Shown here: piece by piece, positions 20,001 through 30,812 of the stretch | Numbering within the stretch: the first letter of the stretch is position 1 | Layout: each line of letters starts with the position of its first letter | From: an uncultured Phycisphaerales bacterium | GTDB taxonomy: Bacteria > Planctomycetota > Phycisphaerae > Tepidisphaerales > Tepidisphaeraceae | Direction: 5' to 3' | Length of the DNA stretch: 64,000 nucleotides | Assembly (NCBI GenBank): GCA_963758525.1 | Contig: CAVWVQ010000003.1 | Location: forward strand, 224,001-288,000 | Notes under the pieces: generated by a model | The model's input: only the letters and a program-made list of their open reading frames with translations | The model's database searches: none | Told to the model about the DNA's origin: nothing | Translations under genes and position numbers: made by a program

Positions 20001-21576
20001 GAAGTTGGATGATCGTCGCCGAATCCGGATCGAGCTTCGCGGCCGAGTCGATGTACTTCTGGGCTTTCTCGGGACTGTTCTCGTTGAGGTATTGATCTGC
20101 CAGGGCGAGTTGCGGGGGCACAAAGCCCGGGTCTGCTTCCACCACGCGGGCGAAGAGCTTCTCGGCTTCCCCGGATTGGCCTTCCTTCAGATCCAGCAGC
20201 CCGGCGCGATACATCAGATCGATGTCGGGAGCATCCGCATGCTCCATCACGCCCAGGGCCAGGCGATAGGTCGCCATGGCGCCGATGTCGTCCCCTTTCA
20301 ACTGCTGGATTTCCGCCTTGAGATGGAGCAGCGGATCTGAATCGTGCTGCCCAACCAGATCGGCGAGCGCCTGATAATTAGCTTCGATCTTCGACAGCAA
20401 CTGCTTTTCCGCGGCCGGGTCGGTCAGTGCGGCATAGGCATCGATCTGCAGCCGCGCCAATTCGTAGAGTCGCTGCTGCTGCTGGCCATGCGTTCGCAGC
20501 GCGGGAGCGCCGACTTCGCCATCGCCGTTCATCGGCGTCGAGAGCACGGCTATCGCTTCGTCGCGTTTTCCGCGAATCCGGCCGAGGAATCCGCCCAACT
20601 GCAGTTGGGCGAACGGATTCTTGGGCTGGAGGGCAAACAGATCGCGAAGAATTGCCTCGGCGTCATCGAGCCTGTGGTGCGCGACGGCCGCCAGCGCCGC
20701 GGCAATCTGGATATCCGCGTATCGCGCGTCCGACGGATTGGCCAGGGATTTTGCGCGGGCGATCGTCGCGTCGGCTTTCGCCTGATACGCGGCTGCCGCC
20801 GCCGGATCGAAGCGCGGCAGCGCCGCATAGAGAGTGGACGCGCGCCAGTTCATTGCCGCCTCATCGCCCTTGAGGTCAAGCGCCTCGTCGAACATCGCCG
20901 CAGCCTCCCGCGCGAGGCGGGCCGCCGCGTCGGGGTTCTGGTTCTTGATCGCCAGGGATGCGAGCCGAAGCTTTCCGCGGGCATAATAGAAGGGCAGATT
21001 GGAGTCGGACGTGCCCTGGCGGATGATTTTCGCAAGTGCGTCAAAATCATCGGCAAGCAGATCACCGGCCGGGGCCGACTCTCGCTCGCTCAACAGAATC
21101 GCCGCGACATGCTGGTACGCCACCGCACGCTGGTCGGATGGATCGAGTTGTGCCACCTTTTGTGCGTTGTCGCGCAATTTCTCGAAGACAGCAGCGCCCG
21201 GCTCCACCTCGGTCATCTGTATGCTCATCTCCAACAGGTCACGAGCCGCCGACGCGTTGCTCGGATCGACCACCAGGGCATTCTGGTAGGCAGCTTCGGC
21301 CTGTTTGAGGCAGTCGGGATCGGCACCGACGCAATGCTCGAGCGCCACCCCGTCGCGAATGTACAGATCGGGATCGGCGCGCCCGAGGCTGATGGCGCGG
21401 TTATAGTTGGCGGCGGCCAATGGCCAGTTCCCGCTGTGCGCGGCGGCGTCGCCCGCGGCGACGAAGTTTTTGGGATTGCGATGCAGCAGGAATTTCGCCG
21501 CGAGCCCCAGCGCGACGAACGCCGCCACGACAATCGTCAGGATGATCAGAAATCGGGTATTGACGCGCTGCGGCAT
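17005..21576 (-). CDS. Very large TPR protein (~1500 aa) of the EPS/exosortase locus, split by two frameshifts (~19520, ~17810)
   Basis: Three overlapping TPR-rich ORFs; N-terminal TM anchor; C-terminal VLNNIANVLAD...SDTQGWV...RYHLGEAY typical of PrsT-like TPR proteins. Confidence 0.8.
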
Positions 21577-21584
21577 CGCAATCC

Positions 21585-22529
21585 TCAGTTATCGCTTCCA
21601 AGGGCTGCGGAGCCCTGCTGGTGCACTTTCTTCCAATCGGGCAGCCGCTTCTCCAGCTCGGGCAAACCGGCATTCAGAAAATCCACCATCGCGGCGACGT
21701 TGCGTTCGCGCTGCTGGCCGCGCTGGCCTGGCGGAGAAGTCGTCATCAATTCCACTTTTGCATAATAACCGTACCGCTCGGTCAGGCTTGCCAGCCGATT
21801 TCGGACCGCCAGGGAATCGGCCTCGTACGCTCCGTCCACATGAAACAGGTACGCCACGTCACGCGCAACCCGCCCGCGCGTGGTTTGATCCTCGAAGTGA
21901 ATCAGCCGATATGGCACGGTGCGCCGGGTGCCGTCGGAATAACTGCCACAATCCGCGGCGCGCGTTTCATACTGCGAGACGTCAAATCCATCGGCGACAT
22001 AGCAGCGTTCGGGGACATGCGCAACGGTGTCGGCAAGGCCCGTGTAGTACGTGATCGCGACCCGCAAGACCGACTCGGGGCTCTGTGCCTCGAGCCGGGC
22101 CAGGGCCGCATCGCGGTCGGGTTGGGACATCTGGCGGAATGACGCGAGCTGAGCCTGGGCCCAGCGGCGGGTGTCGACGTAATCGCGAAACAGGTATTGA
22201 TCGGTCGCGAGCACCTGGCGGATCTCCGGATCGACTGCCTCGTCGGTGGAAACCGCGAGCCACGGGCCGAGTTGCGCGGGCATTCCCTCCTGCGGATCGG
22301 TCAACGATCGCACTGCCAGCGGAAGCGCATGTTTCTTGAAATGGAGCTTGAGAAAGCTGACGGTGGCGTTGAGCCCCAGCGCCGATACACAGAGCACCAC
22401 GACCGCCGCGACAAATGCGCCGCGCGAAAGGCTGTGCAGCAACGCACGCCGCAGGGAGGGAACGCACCAGAGTGCCCCCGCCAGGATGAGCAGGGCAAGG
22501 ATCGTGAGAATGATCGGGAGCACGTTCAC
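21585..22529 (-). CDS. Exosortase-associated EpsI-like protein
   Basis: Overlaps the exosortase stop; ITYYTG..DTVAHVPERCY; YYAKVEL. Confidence 0.75.
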   Translation of the reverse strand: MNVLPIILTILALLILAGALWCVPSLRRALLHSLSRGAFVAAVVVLCVSALGLNATVSFLKLHFKKHALPLAVRSLTDPQEGMPAQLGPWLAVSTDEAVDPEIRQVLATDQYLFRDYVDTRRWAQAQLASFRQMSQPDRDAALARLEAQSPESVLRVAITYYTGLADTVAHVPERCYVADGFDVSQYETRAADCGSYSDGTRRTVPYRLIHFEDQTTRGRVARDVAYLFHVDGAYEADSLAVRNRLASLTERYGYYAKVELMTTSPPGQRGQQRERNVAAMVDFLNAGLPELEKRLPDWKKVHQQGSAALGSDN

Positions 22530-23620
22530 GAGCGCGCTTCCGTGGTAAGCGAGGTTGTTCCGGCGGGAGAAGCCAGTCGCGGACGGGGAGGCAGGAGCGC
22601 CGGCGACGGCGGCCTTGCCGCGACCGGCGATGGGGCGCTACCGGGCACGCGCCGCAGCAATTTCTCGCGGAGCGCGTTTTTGTCGTCGACCGCCTCGACG
22701 AAGAGGTTGTCGAGCACGTAGGCGACCAGCAAAATCAAGAACAGCGCCGGGATCAGCATGACCATGCCGGCGAAGCTGTGCGCAAAACCTTCCGACCAGC
22801 CGGTGCTGACGTAATGATCCAGCAGCCCCTGCCCCGCGACGCGCATGACATTGCAGAATATTGCGATGGGAACGGCCCAGGCGACGATCACCAGCTTCTG
22901 CCACAGCGGCCGCGCGCTCAAAAAGGCAACTGCTGCCGCGACCGACACGAAAGTCATGAGCGAGCGCATCCCGGCGCACGCTTCGGCGACGTTGAGCTCG
23001 CGCATTCCCTGGCCGTGCTCCATCCGGATCTTCGTCCCCAACCTCATCGCCTCGACGCCGGTGAATCGCAGAACATGCACTGCCACGCCGGCGGCAAGCG
23101 CCTGCAGCGGCTCGGCGACGCGGCTGTACATCAGCTCGGGCCAGGGCAAGGCGCAGATGAGAAAAACAATCGGAAACCAGGCCGTCCGCATGATCTCCCA
23201 TCCGCACAGCAGCAGCACCACTCCGAACAGGCAGACCACCATCCCCAGGTCCTTGGCAAGGTCGTTCTGTCCCGGCCAGATGCCATACGCGAAGAAGACG
23301 ATTCCCGCGAGGCAGATGGGAAGCCCCCACCAGGCGGTTCGCACCGGCGTGGCGCGCAGCGACTGACGATGGAGGTACAAATAGTAAATTCCGATGATCG
23401 GAACGCAGATCGCATGACCCCAGTTGGGCTCGCCGTAGAAGGGATTGGTTTTGTCCCACAGGCGGCGCAGGTTGGGCCAGAAAAGCAGCGCCATCAGCGC
23501 GGCGATGATTGCCGCCTGCACCCATGCGGCGCGCGCAATGTCGGCAACGTCGCCGTGACGCGAGACACCGTCCGAATCTCCGGCATGATTGGATGTGGAA
23601 TCGATGGTCAGCGACCTCAC
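22526..23620 (-). CDS. Exosortase (EpsH family)
   Basis: Multi-TM protein; VAEACAGMRSL (catalytic Cys), NVMR (Arg), GFAH (His). Confidence 0.92.
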   Translation of the reverse strand: MRSLTIDSTSNHAGDSDGVSRHGDVADIARAAWVQAAIIAALMALLFWPNLRRLWDKTNPFYGEPNWGHAICVPIIGIYYLYLHRQSLRATPVRTAWWGLPICLAGIVFFAYGIWPGQNDLAKDLGMVVCLFGVVLLLCGWEIMRTAWFPIVFLICALPWPELMYSRVAEPLQALAAGVAVHVLRFTGVEAMRLGTKIRMEHGQGMRELNVAEACAGMRSLMTFVSVAAAVAFLSARPLWQKLVIVAWAVPIAIFCNVMRVAGQGLLDHYVSTGWSEGFAHSFAGMVMLIPALFLILLVAYVLDNLFVEAVDDKNALREKLLRRVPGSAPSPVAARPPSPALLPPRPRLASPAGTTSLTTEARS

Positions 23621-23991
23621 GATTTGATCTCCGACGCCAAGGCGCAGTCCGCCACCGCAGAATTCTCACGACCTCAAGTCAATAGCACCACGGCGAGTCT
23701 AAGTTGTTCACGCTCGGATTTTTCCGGGGGCTCGATCCGAGCCTTCGGTGTACCTCAGACTCGGTGTGGCATCCTGAAAACAGGCGCAACGGCCGACCCC
23801 AAAATTACGTCCTCCAATGAATGCAAGTTCAAAGATTCAGCGTCGTTACCCGCATATCGACCGGCTGTTACCCATTGTGAAGCGGCAAGCCCAGCTTGCT
23901 TCCATCTTAACTGCAAGAAGCCGATAAAAAATGAAGATTTGATGAACGATCGGTGCGAGGCGAATTTTTTGCCCCAGAGCGAGCGGTAACG

Positions 23992-24024
23992 AAAAGGGCG
24001 GCGGAATTGGATTCCGCCGCCCTT
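23992..24024 (-). terminator. Probable intrinsic terminator after wza
   Basis: Stem aagggcggcggaat/attccgccgccctt followed by a T-tract on the minus strand, about 20 nt after the stop codon. Confidence 0.65.
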
Positions 24025-24046
24025 GGTGATTTTCTGAAAGCACTGC

Positions 24047-25565
24047 TTAGAGCCCGTTGTTGCCGGGGCTGAAGTTGCGGTCGTAGAGGAATCCGAAGCC
24101 ATAGGTGATTCGGAACGCTCCGCGGGCCGCGGCGATGAATGATGCCAGCGCGTTGGTGCCGACCATGACCTGATCATACGGCTTGAGGTAAACGTCGGGC
24201 TGATTGCCGGCAAAGATCTGCGAGAGATCGATGCGGACGAAGATTTCGTGATCGGGCTTGATGCGACGAATGATGTCGGTGCGCTGCGGAATCGCGACGG
24301 CGTCGAGCATGCCTGCGGAAACAACCGCTTCCTTCAGCGTGATCTTGCGACCCGTCAGCGTAAACGCGCCGGGGCGTTGGACGTGTCCGCCCATGTAATA
24401 CTCGCCGGCCTCGGGCACGGGGACGATGATCAGATCCTTGGCTCGCAGGGGAATGTTGTAGCGAAGATCGCCTCTCCGCAGCGCGTCAAGCGGGATACGG
24501 ATGGTTCGTGTCGCATCCTCCGCAACCGGCTCATTAAACTCAAATCCCTGCGTGGTCGGGGCGGTTGCCGTTGCGTCCGCTGGCGGCGGGACAGCGACCG
24601 GGCCGGTCGCCGGGGCGGTGGCATCGGCGGGAGGCGGGACTGTTGCTGGGCCAGTCGCGGGAGGCGCTGGCATCGGCCGGCGGGGGCGGGACTGCTACCG
24701 GACCCGCCGCCGGGGCGGTCGGGTCGGTGGTGGGCGCATCTGCCAGCAGACGCAACACGCGCTGCGGCGAAGAGGCGTCGGCGACGGCCGTGCCGGAGAC
24801 GTTGGGGCCCTCAGTCTTTGGAGGAGCCAGCTCTTCGGGGGCAGCGGGGAGACTCGCAGGCGGAGGCGTTGCCCCCGGCGCTGGGGCTGCGCCGCCCTGA
24901 TCTTTCGGCGGCTCGTTTTGACGAACGATATAAAGATAGTCGATGCCGGTGACGCTTACATCGTGGGCCATCACCAATGCGTTGAGCACGCGGAATTCCG
25001 AGTCGACGATCTGATACTCGCCGGGGGCGCCGACAGCGCCCATGATGCTGAACGTGCGCCCGCGAGGCTCAACGTCTGTGACGGAAACCTGGGCGTTCTG
25101 GATGAGGTTCGCGTTGCGGTATGCCTCGACGATCGCCTGCTCCAACTCGATTTCGGTCATCCCGGCGGCATGAAGCGAGTTGATGTACGGAAGGCTGATG
25201 TTACCGCTGTCACTGACGCGGGTGACCTTGGTGGTTTCGCCGGCGCCGGGTCCGCCCAGATCGGAGATTCCGATCTGCAGCAAGTCGTTTTTGCTGACGG
25301 TGTAATCGCCCTTGGTGAGGCGCTGGTCGGAGGGGATGGGGTCCGTTGCAGACGAGAAATCCTCGGTTCCGTCTTCGACGGCGGGATCAACCGAATGCAG
25401 GATTGGCATCGCCAGCGGCTCGTTCTGGTAGCGACCCATTTCGCTGGGATCGAAGAAGCCTCTGGTATCGCATCCCCCCACTGCTGAAAGAACCGCCAGG
25501 CTCACGCCTGACGCGACAGTGACACGACACAGCGACGCAAAGCTGATCACACGCGAAGGACGCAA
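24047..25565 (-). CDS. wza: Polysaccharide export lipoprotein (Wza/SLBB), frameshift in the Pro/Ala repeat linker (~24680)
   Basis: Lipobox AVGGC; RVSDSGNISLPYI...GMTEIELE; SLBB GHVQRPG; C-terminal FRITYGFGFLYDRNF. Confidence 0.85.
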
Positions 25566-25936
25566 GAGACGCTCCTTTCCAAGAAAACCACTCACGTGCG
25601 GCCGGCCCGCGCAGCACGTGTAACCCAAATCGACAACCTCGTCTTGACATCTAATCTATAGAGCCAAGCCGCGATATTGCAACAATACCCACCTTTCCCG
25701 AACGGTCCAAGGCAACAACGCCAATATTTTGCTCCGGGGTCGGGAAGGCCCGCAAGAGCATCCGTTAGCACTACTTCGACCGATAACGCCCCCCTATCTT
25801 CGCAAAATCCATCCAGATTGCCAAAAAATTACCGAAATCCCCGAACCGCTTCCGGATCATTCCACTTTGCGTGCAAAGCGATATACTGCGGGTTTTGAGC
25901 GACACGGCCAACACGGACGTCGCTGAGTTGCACATT

Positions 25937-27253
25937 GTGACGGCGCGGCAGAAAACAGTAGCACGAGAGGTTTCGCTGACGGGCGCCGGACTTTTCTCCG
26001 GGGAACCGTCCACGCTGACTATTGCGCCCGCCGAACACGATGAGGGAATTACCTTTGTCCGCGAAGCGGATGGCAAAATCGCTGTTATTCCGGCATTGGT
26101 GCGGAACGTCCTCAACCGTCCGCGACGAACGTGCCTTCGTAATGGCACGCTTTTCGTGGAAACCGTCGAGCATTGCATGGCTGCATTGGCGGGCATGCAC
26201 ATCGATAATGCGGTTGTCAAGATTTCCGGCGGGTCCGTTGGAGAGGTGCCCGGAGGGGATGGGAGCAGCCTGTCATTTGTCGACATGATCCGCTCGGCAG
26301 GCATCCGGGAGCAGGACGCTGATGTCATCCCTCTGATCATTCGCAAGCCAATCCAGGTTTCATTTGAGGGTGCGACGCTCGCCGCCCTTCCGGGACCCGC
26401 CGATCAGCTTGAGGTCATCTACGATTTTGAGGGGCCTGCGCCCATCGGCCGCCAAACGATCAGCTTCCGCCTCGGGGATGACGATTTTGCGACGATGATC
26501 GCCCCGGCTCGCACGTTTGTGTTCGAGGAAGAAGCCCAGGAGCTTCGGGCGCACGGCCTCGGCAAGCACTTGTCGCCCAAGGAACTGCTGGTCATTTCCA
26601 AGACCGGCCCCATTGAGAACACCTTCCGCTTTGCCGACGAGTGCGTGCGCCATAAAGTGCTCGATCTGATCGGCGATCTGTTTCTGGTGGGACGCCCGCT
26701 GAGAGGGCGGATTGTAGCGTACAAGAGCGGCCACCAGCTCAATCATCTTCTGGCTCGCCGTCTCGTCGAGCAGGAGGAGGGCCATGCCCGCCAGAACCTG
26801 GTGCATCGTGACGCGGCGATGGACATTCGCCGCATCCAGCGCATTCTGCCGCACCGGTATCCGATGCTGATGGTCGATCGGGTGCTGGAGATCATCGGAG
26901 ATCAGAAAGCCACCGGGATCAAGAACGTCACGTTTAACGACGTTTTCTTTCAGGGCCACTATCCCGGAACCCCGATCATGCCGGGGGTTTTGATCGTGGA
27001 AGCCATGGCACAGCTCGGCGGGTTGTTGCTGAGCCAGAAGCTGGAGCACACTGGAAAACTTGCAGTGCTGCTCAGCATGGATAAGGTCAAGATGCGCCAC
27101 CCCGTTGTCCCTGGGGATCAACTGCTGCTGGAGGCGGTTGCGGTGAGGGTCAAAAGCCGCACGGGGCATGTGCGGTGCAAAGCTTTTGTGGAAGATAAGA
27201 TGGCCTGCGAGGCCGACATCAAGTTCATGCTTGTTGACGCCGAGCGCGCATGA
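25937..27253 (+). CDS. lpxC-fabZ: Bifunctional LpxC/FabZ
   Basis: TVEHCMAAL, ARTF, RHKVLDLIGD, GHQLN (LpxC); LPHRYPMLMVDR, FQGHYPG.PIMPGVLIVEAMAQ (FabZ). Confidence 0.95.
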   Translation: MTARQKTVAREVSLTGAGLFSGEPSTLTIAPAEHDEGITFVREADGKIAVIPALVRNVLNRPRRTCLRNGTLFVETVEHCMAALAGMHIDNAVVKISGGSVGEVPGGDGSSLSFVDMIRSAGIREQDADVIPLIIRKPIQVSFEGATLAALPGPADQLEVIYDFEGPAPIGRQTISFRLGDDDFATMIAPARTFVFEEEAQELRAHGLGKHLSPKELLVISKTGPIENTFRFADECVRHKVLDLIGDLFLVGRPLRGRIVAYKSGHQLNHLLARRLVEQEEGHARQNLVHRDAAMDIRRIQRILPHRYPMLMVDRVLEIIGDQKATGIKNVTFNDVFFQGHYPGTPIMPGVLIVEAMAQLGGLLLSQKLEHTGKLAVLLSMDKVKMRHPVVPGDQLLLEAVAVRVKSRTGHVRCKAFVEDKMACEADIKFMLVDAERA

Positions 27254-27374
27254 TGATTCATTAATATTGTGCGTTGCCTGAGACACAATGAAAAATGACC
27301 CCAACAAGGCGAAGGATGTGAAGCGGCCGCCCTGGTTCTCTTCGTTATTCGCCTTCAAATTCTTTTCCGAGTCG

Positions 27375-28307
27375 ATGCCGAAGATTTCGCCGCATGCGGT
27401 GATCGACCCGGACGCAAATATCGCCGACGACGTCGAGATCGGGCCCTTCTGCGTCATCGGGCCGGAAGTGACGATCGCCAGCGGGTGCCGGCTGCTCAAC
27501 AGCGTGACTGTTTTGGGGCACACCACGATCGGGAAAGACAACGTCTTCTTCCCCAACGCGGTGATCGGAGCTGCGCCGCAGGACAAGAAATTCAAAGGCT
27601 CGTCGACCCGTCTGGAAATTGGGACAGGGAACGTCTTTCGCGAAGCTGCCACGCTGCACACCGGCACCGAAAAAGGGGGCGGCGTCACGCGGGTCGGCGA
27701 CAATGGGCTCTATATGGTCAATGTCCACGTCGGGCACGACTCCCAGGTGGGGGACGACGTGGTGATCTCCAACAACGTGATGATCTCCGGGCACGTCGTC
27801 ATTGAGGACTATGTTTCGATGATGGGCGGAGCAGGCGTTCATCATTTCACGACGATCGGGAAACACGCGTACGTCGGCGCCTACTCGCGCATTCATCACG
27901 ACGTTCCACCGTTTTGCAAGGTGGACCAGGCCGATCAGGTACGCGGCGTCAATGCCACCGGGCTGCGTCGTGCCGGCTTGTGCGAAGAGGACATCGAAGC
28001 CATCGACGAAGCCTGTCGGTCATTGTTTTCCCGCCGCAAGCAGCCGTTCGCCCTGACCATCGCCGAATATCAAAACACCGAGGATCTCAACCCGTACGTC
28101 AAGACCCTGGTGGAATTTCTGGTCCGTCGCGACTCGGGCAAGAATGGCCGTTATCTCGAAGGCCTGCGCGACAGAGACAGGGAACCGCGCAACTATCGAG
28201 CAAACGAATCCACCAATGGGGAGTCCGCGGCATCCGCACCGGTTCGCGACGCCGGAGCGGTTAATGCCCCGGCTGTCGCGCGTGAGGCGAACGAGGTGAC
28301 GAGCTAA
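27375..28307 (+). CDS. lpxA: UDP-N-acetylglucosamine O-acyltransferase
   Basis: Hexapeptide repeats, PQDKKF, FREAATLH.GT, HVGHD. Confidence 0.93.
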   Translation: MPKISPHAVIDPDANIADDVEIGPFCVIGPEVTIASGCRLLNSVTVLGHTTIGKDNVFFPNAVIGAAPQDKKFKGSSTRLEIGTGNVFREAATLHTGTEKGGGVTRVGDNGLYMVNVHVGHDSQVGDDVVISNNVMISGHVVIEDYVSMMGGAGVHHFTTIGKHAYVGAYSRIHHDVPPFCKVDQADQVRGVNATGLRRAGLCEEDIEAIDEACRSLFSRRKQPFALTIAEYQNTEDLNPYVKTLVEFLVRRDSGKNGRYLEGLRDRDREPRNYRANESTNGESAASAPVRDAGAVNAPAVAREANEVTS

Positions 28308-29167
28308 TCATCCGCCGGCTGAGTGGCGGCTTGGGTGGTGGGAGCCGTGGCCGACGCGGAGGAGCTCGCATCGATCCAGCAAGGGGCCAGGGCGTAGCCA
28401 CCGATGGCGCCGCCGGCGCGGCAGGACCAGCCGGGGGAGAGGAAGATTTGTGCCCGTCGTTGGCTTGCGGTGGAATGGGGCAGCAGGCGTTCCCAGGCGG
28501 AAAGACCGTCGAACCAACCCGAGCGGAGCTGAACGGGGTCGTTGTCGGCAAAGCCGATGGGGAATTCCCCGGCGCACACGATCGGCGGCGAGCCGCGCTT
28601 TTGCCAATCGTCGAGAAACTGCCCGGACGCGGACGGCCCGGCGGCAGGCGACGCGGTGACGGAGCCGATCAAAAAGCGCTTCGCCGCCACTTGTGTGGAG
28701 GCCCACATGCCGATGCCGGCGGCGGGGGCTGGAGCCGTCAGCGGGTACTTCGAGAGGATGCAGTTTCCAAAACCGGATCCTTTTAAATTGTCCGCCGGCC
28801 CGGCCGTCGCGACGAACGCCGATTGCATGTGCAGAGCGCCAGCCAGCGCCTGCGCATCGGGCGCTTCGATGTTCTGCAGGATGAGATAATCGGCGTCGAG
28901 ACGCCTCATCTCGGCCAGCACGGGTTCGTTCTGCAAGTGATGGCGGCGCACGTCGCAGGTGATGAATCGCAGCTTCTGGTCGGGAACGGCGGGTGCGGCC
29001 TCCTGCGGAAGCACGCTGGTATCCGGGCGCGGCAGACGGCGCATCGTCACCAGCAGCAGCGCGGCACACGCGATCATCAACGCGCACGTAATGAGCGTGC
29101 GGGAGGGAGCGTGGCTGTTCTGGTCGCGCGATGGCGTTGTTTCGGATCCTCCGGAGTCCGCCTGCAT
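28304..29167 (-). CDS. Membrane-anchored endonuclease/exonuclease/phosphatase (EEP)-fold protein with degenerate active site
   Basis: TM anchor; LRFITCDV, ADYLILQNI, GNCILSKYP, IVCAGEF line up with EEP motifs. Confidence 0.6.
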   Translation of the reverse strand: MQADSGGSETTPSRDQNSHAPSRTLITCALMIACAALLLVTMRRLPRPDTSVLPQEAAPAVPDQKLRFITCDVRRHHLQNEPVLAEMRRLDADYLILQNIEAPDAQALAGALHMQSAFVATAGPADNLKGSGFGNCILSKYPLTAPAPAAGIGMWASTQVAAKRFLIGSVTASPAAGPSASGQFLDDWQKRGSPPIVCAGEFPIGFADNDPVQLRSGWFDGLSAWERLLPHSTASQRRAQIFLSPGWSCRAGGAIGGYALAPCWIDASSSASATAPTTQAATQPADD

Positions 29168-29296
29168 CGACGAGGATCGTAGCACGGAAAGGCGAAGAGG
29201 CGAAAGCGGCCGGTCATCGACAGCACTTGCAGAACCGGCCACGCCCGCAAGAATGGCCTCGAACGGCGGCTGAACCCAAGCCACGCATCGAATCCC

Positions 29297-29917
29297 ATGG
29301 TCTCCTTCCAAAAACATCTCCGCAACACGTTCCTGGCGGGAATTTTCTCGGCGGTGCCGCTGGCCGTTACGGTCTTCATCATCTGGTGGGTCGAGTATCG
29401 CACCCGCCCCATCGCTCAGTTTCTGTTTCATCGCGACCTGCCGTTCGTCGGCGTCGCGATCGCGCTGGGCGTGATCTATGCGGCCGGACTGCTGACTTCT
29501 TCGTTCCTGGGCAAATGGATTCTCCACATCATCGACGCGCTGCTGCTGCGGCTGCCGATCATCAAGCAGATCTATCTTGGATGGAAACAAATCGCGCTCA
29601 CGCCGGGCGGGACCGAGGGCGTCTTCTCGAAAGTGGCATTGATTCCCAACGAGAGCGGCCGCACCCTGCTGCTGGGATTCACCAGCGCCCGGCCGGTTGA
29701 GGGACATCCGGATATTCTGTGCGTCTTCATTCCGTCGTGCCCCAACCCGGTGATGGGCCGGCTGTATCTCGTGCGGCGCGAGCTGTGTCAACTGGTGAAT
29801 CTCAGCACCGAGGAAGCGTTCAAGATCATCCTCTCGACGGGGAATTACGTGCCGTCGGCGCTGGGGGATGCTGCCGTGGAACTATTGAGGCAAGACGTGG
29901 AGTTGCCGCGGCTGTAA
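29297..29917 (+). CDS. DUF502 family membrane protein
   Basis: FLAGI...PLAVT; RLPIIKQIY; VFIPSCPNPVMG; EEAFKIILSTG. Confidence 0.9.
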   Translation: MVSFQKHLRNTFLAGIFSAVPLAVTVFIIWWVEYRTRPIAQFLFHRDLPFVGVAIALGVIYAAGLLTSSFLGKWILHIIDALLLRLPIIKQIYLGWKQIALTPGGTEGVFSKVALIPNESGRTLLLGFTSARPVEGHPDILCVFIPSCPNPVMGRLYLVRRELCQLVNLSTEEAFKIILSTGNYVPSALGDAAVELLRQDVELPRL

Positions 29918-29971
29918 AGGGTCCAGGGGGTCGAAGTTGTTCTTCGGCGCCGCCCATGGAACAATGATTGC

Positions 29972-30387
29972 ATGGGATTGATCAGGGCACGCATTTCACT
30001 CGCCAATCCAAAAGATCCGGGATTGTCCCCTTTCGAAACTGACGCACTGGTTGACACAGGTGCCCTGCATTTGTGCATTCCCCAGCACATTGCCGTCCAA
30101 CTGCAATTGCAGGAGATTTACAAGCGCGAGGTAACCACCGCCGACGGGCGACGAACTCTCTGCCCGTACGTCGGGCCCGTGCAGGTGACCTTCGCCAATC
30201 GAGGCTGTTTCACCGGCGCACTCGTTCTGGGCGATGAAGTTCTGCTGGGGGCCGTCCCGATGGAGGACATGGACCTGGTCATTTCACCAGCGCGGCGGCG
30301 CTTGAAGTCAATCCCGATAGTCCAAACATCCCCAGTTCGCTGGCCAAAGGCATGCATCCGCGCGTCCGCGTCGCACAGCGAAGGTGA
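29972..30387 (+). CDS. Clan AA aspartic protease (frameshift near 30300)
   Basis: ALVDTGA catalytic motif; VLLGAVPMEDMDLVISP; the natural ending VNPDSPNIPSS is in a shifted frame. Confidence 0.8.
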
Positions 30388-30444
30388 CACAGCGCGCGTT
30401 GGCGACGGGGTTCAGCGCTGGCTCGGGCTTCCCAGCCGCCCCTC

Positions 30445-30810
30445 TCACGACATCGCTTTGACCAACAATTCAGCCGTGGCAAGATTCAGCGCCAGAGGCA
30501 CGTTATGCAGTCCGCAGATCCGCAGGATGGGGCCGATGTCCGGCTCATGGGCGCCGGGCGCTGGGGGTCAAAGAGGAGAATGACGCCGGCAATCTCGCCG
30601 TCGGCGACGCGCGCGGCGATTTGCAAATCGCCTCCGCTGCGGCCGGGGAGAACGCATTCAACGGGAAGGCCGGTCGCCTGGGCAATCCGGTCGCCGGTCA
30701 TTCCTGTCGCGATCAGGCTCAGACGCGAAAGCTTCGGCTGCCATCGCGCAAAAATCGATCATCTCCTTCTTTTTCTGATCGTGGGCGATGAGTGCCAGGA
30801 CCTTTTGCAT
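30445..30810 (-). CDS. mgsA: Methylglyoxal synthase (frameshifted)
   Basis: ALIAHDQKK, ATGMTG, GGDLQIAA, HEPDI...ICGLHNVPLALNLATA spread over three frames. Confidence 0.8.
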
Positions 30811-30812
30811 GC

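Noticed and set aside
23620..23990. Possible riboswitch (e.g. c-di-GMP) upstream of the exosortase
   Set aside because: I found no recognisable aptamer consensus by eye; a covariance-model search would be needed.
24570..24720. Three ~45-48 bp direct repeats in wza
   Set aside because: They encode an ordinary Pro/Ala linker (GPVAVPPPADA); notable only as the site of a probable assembly indel.
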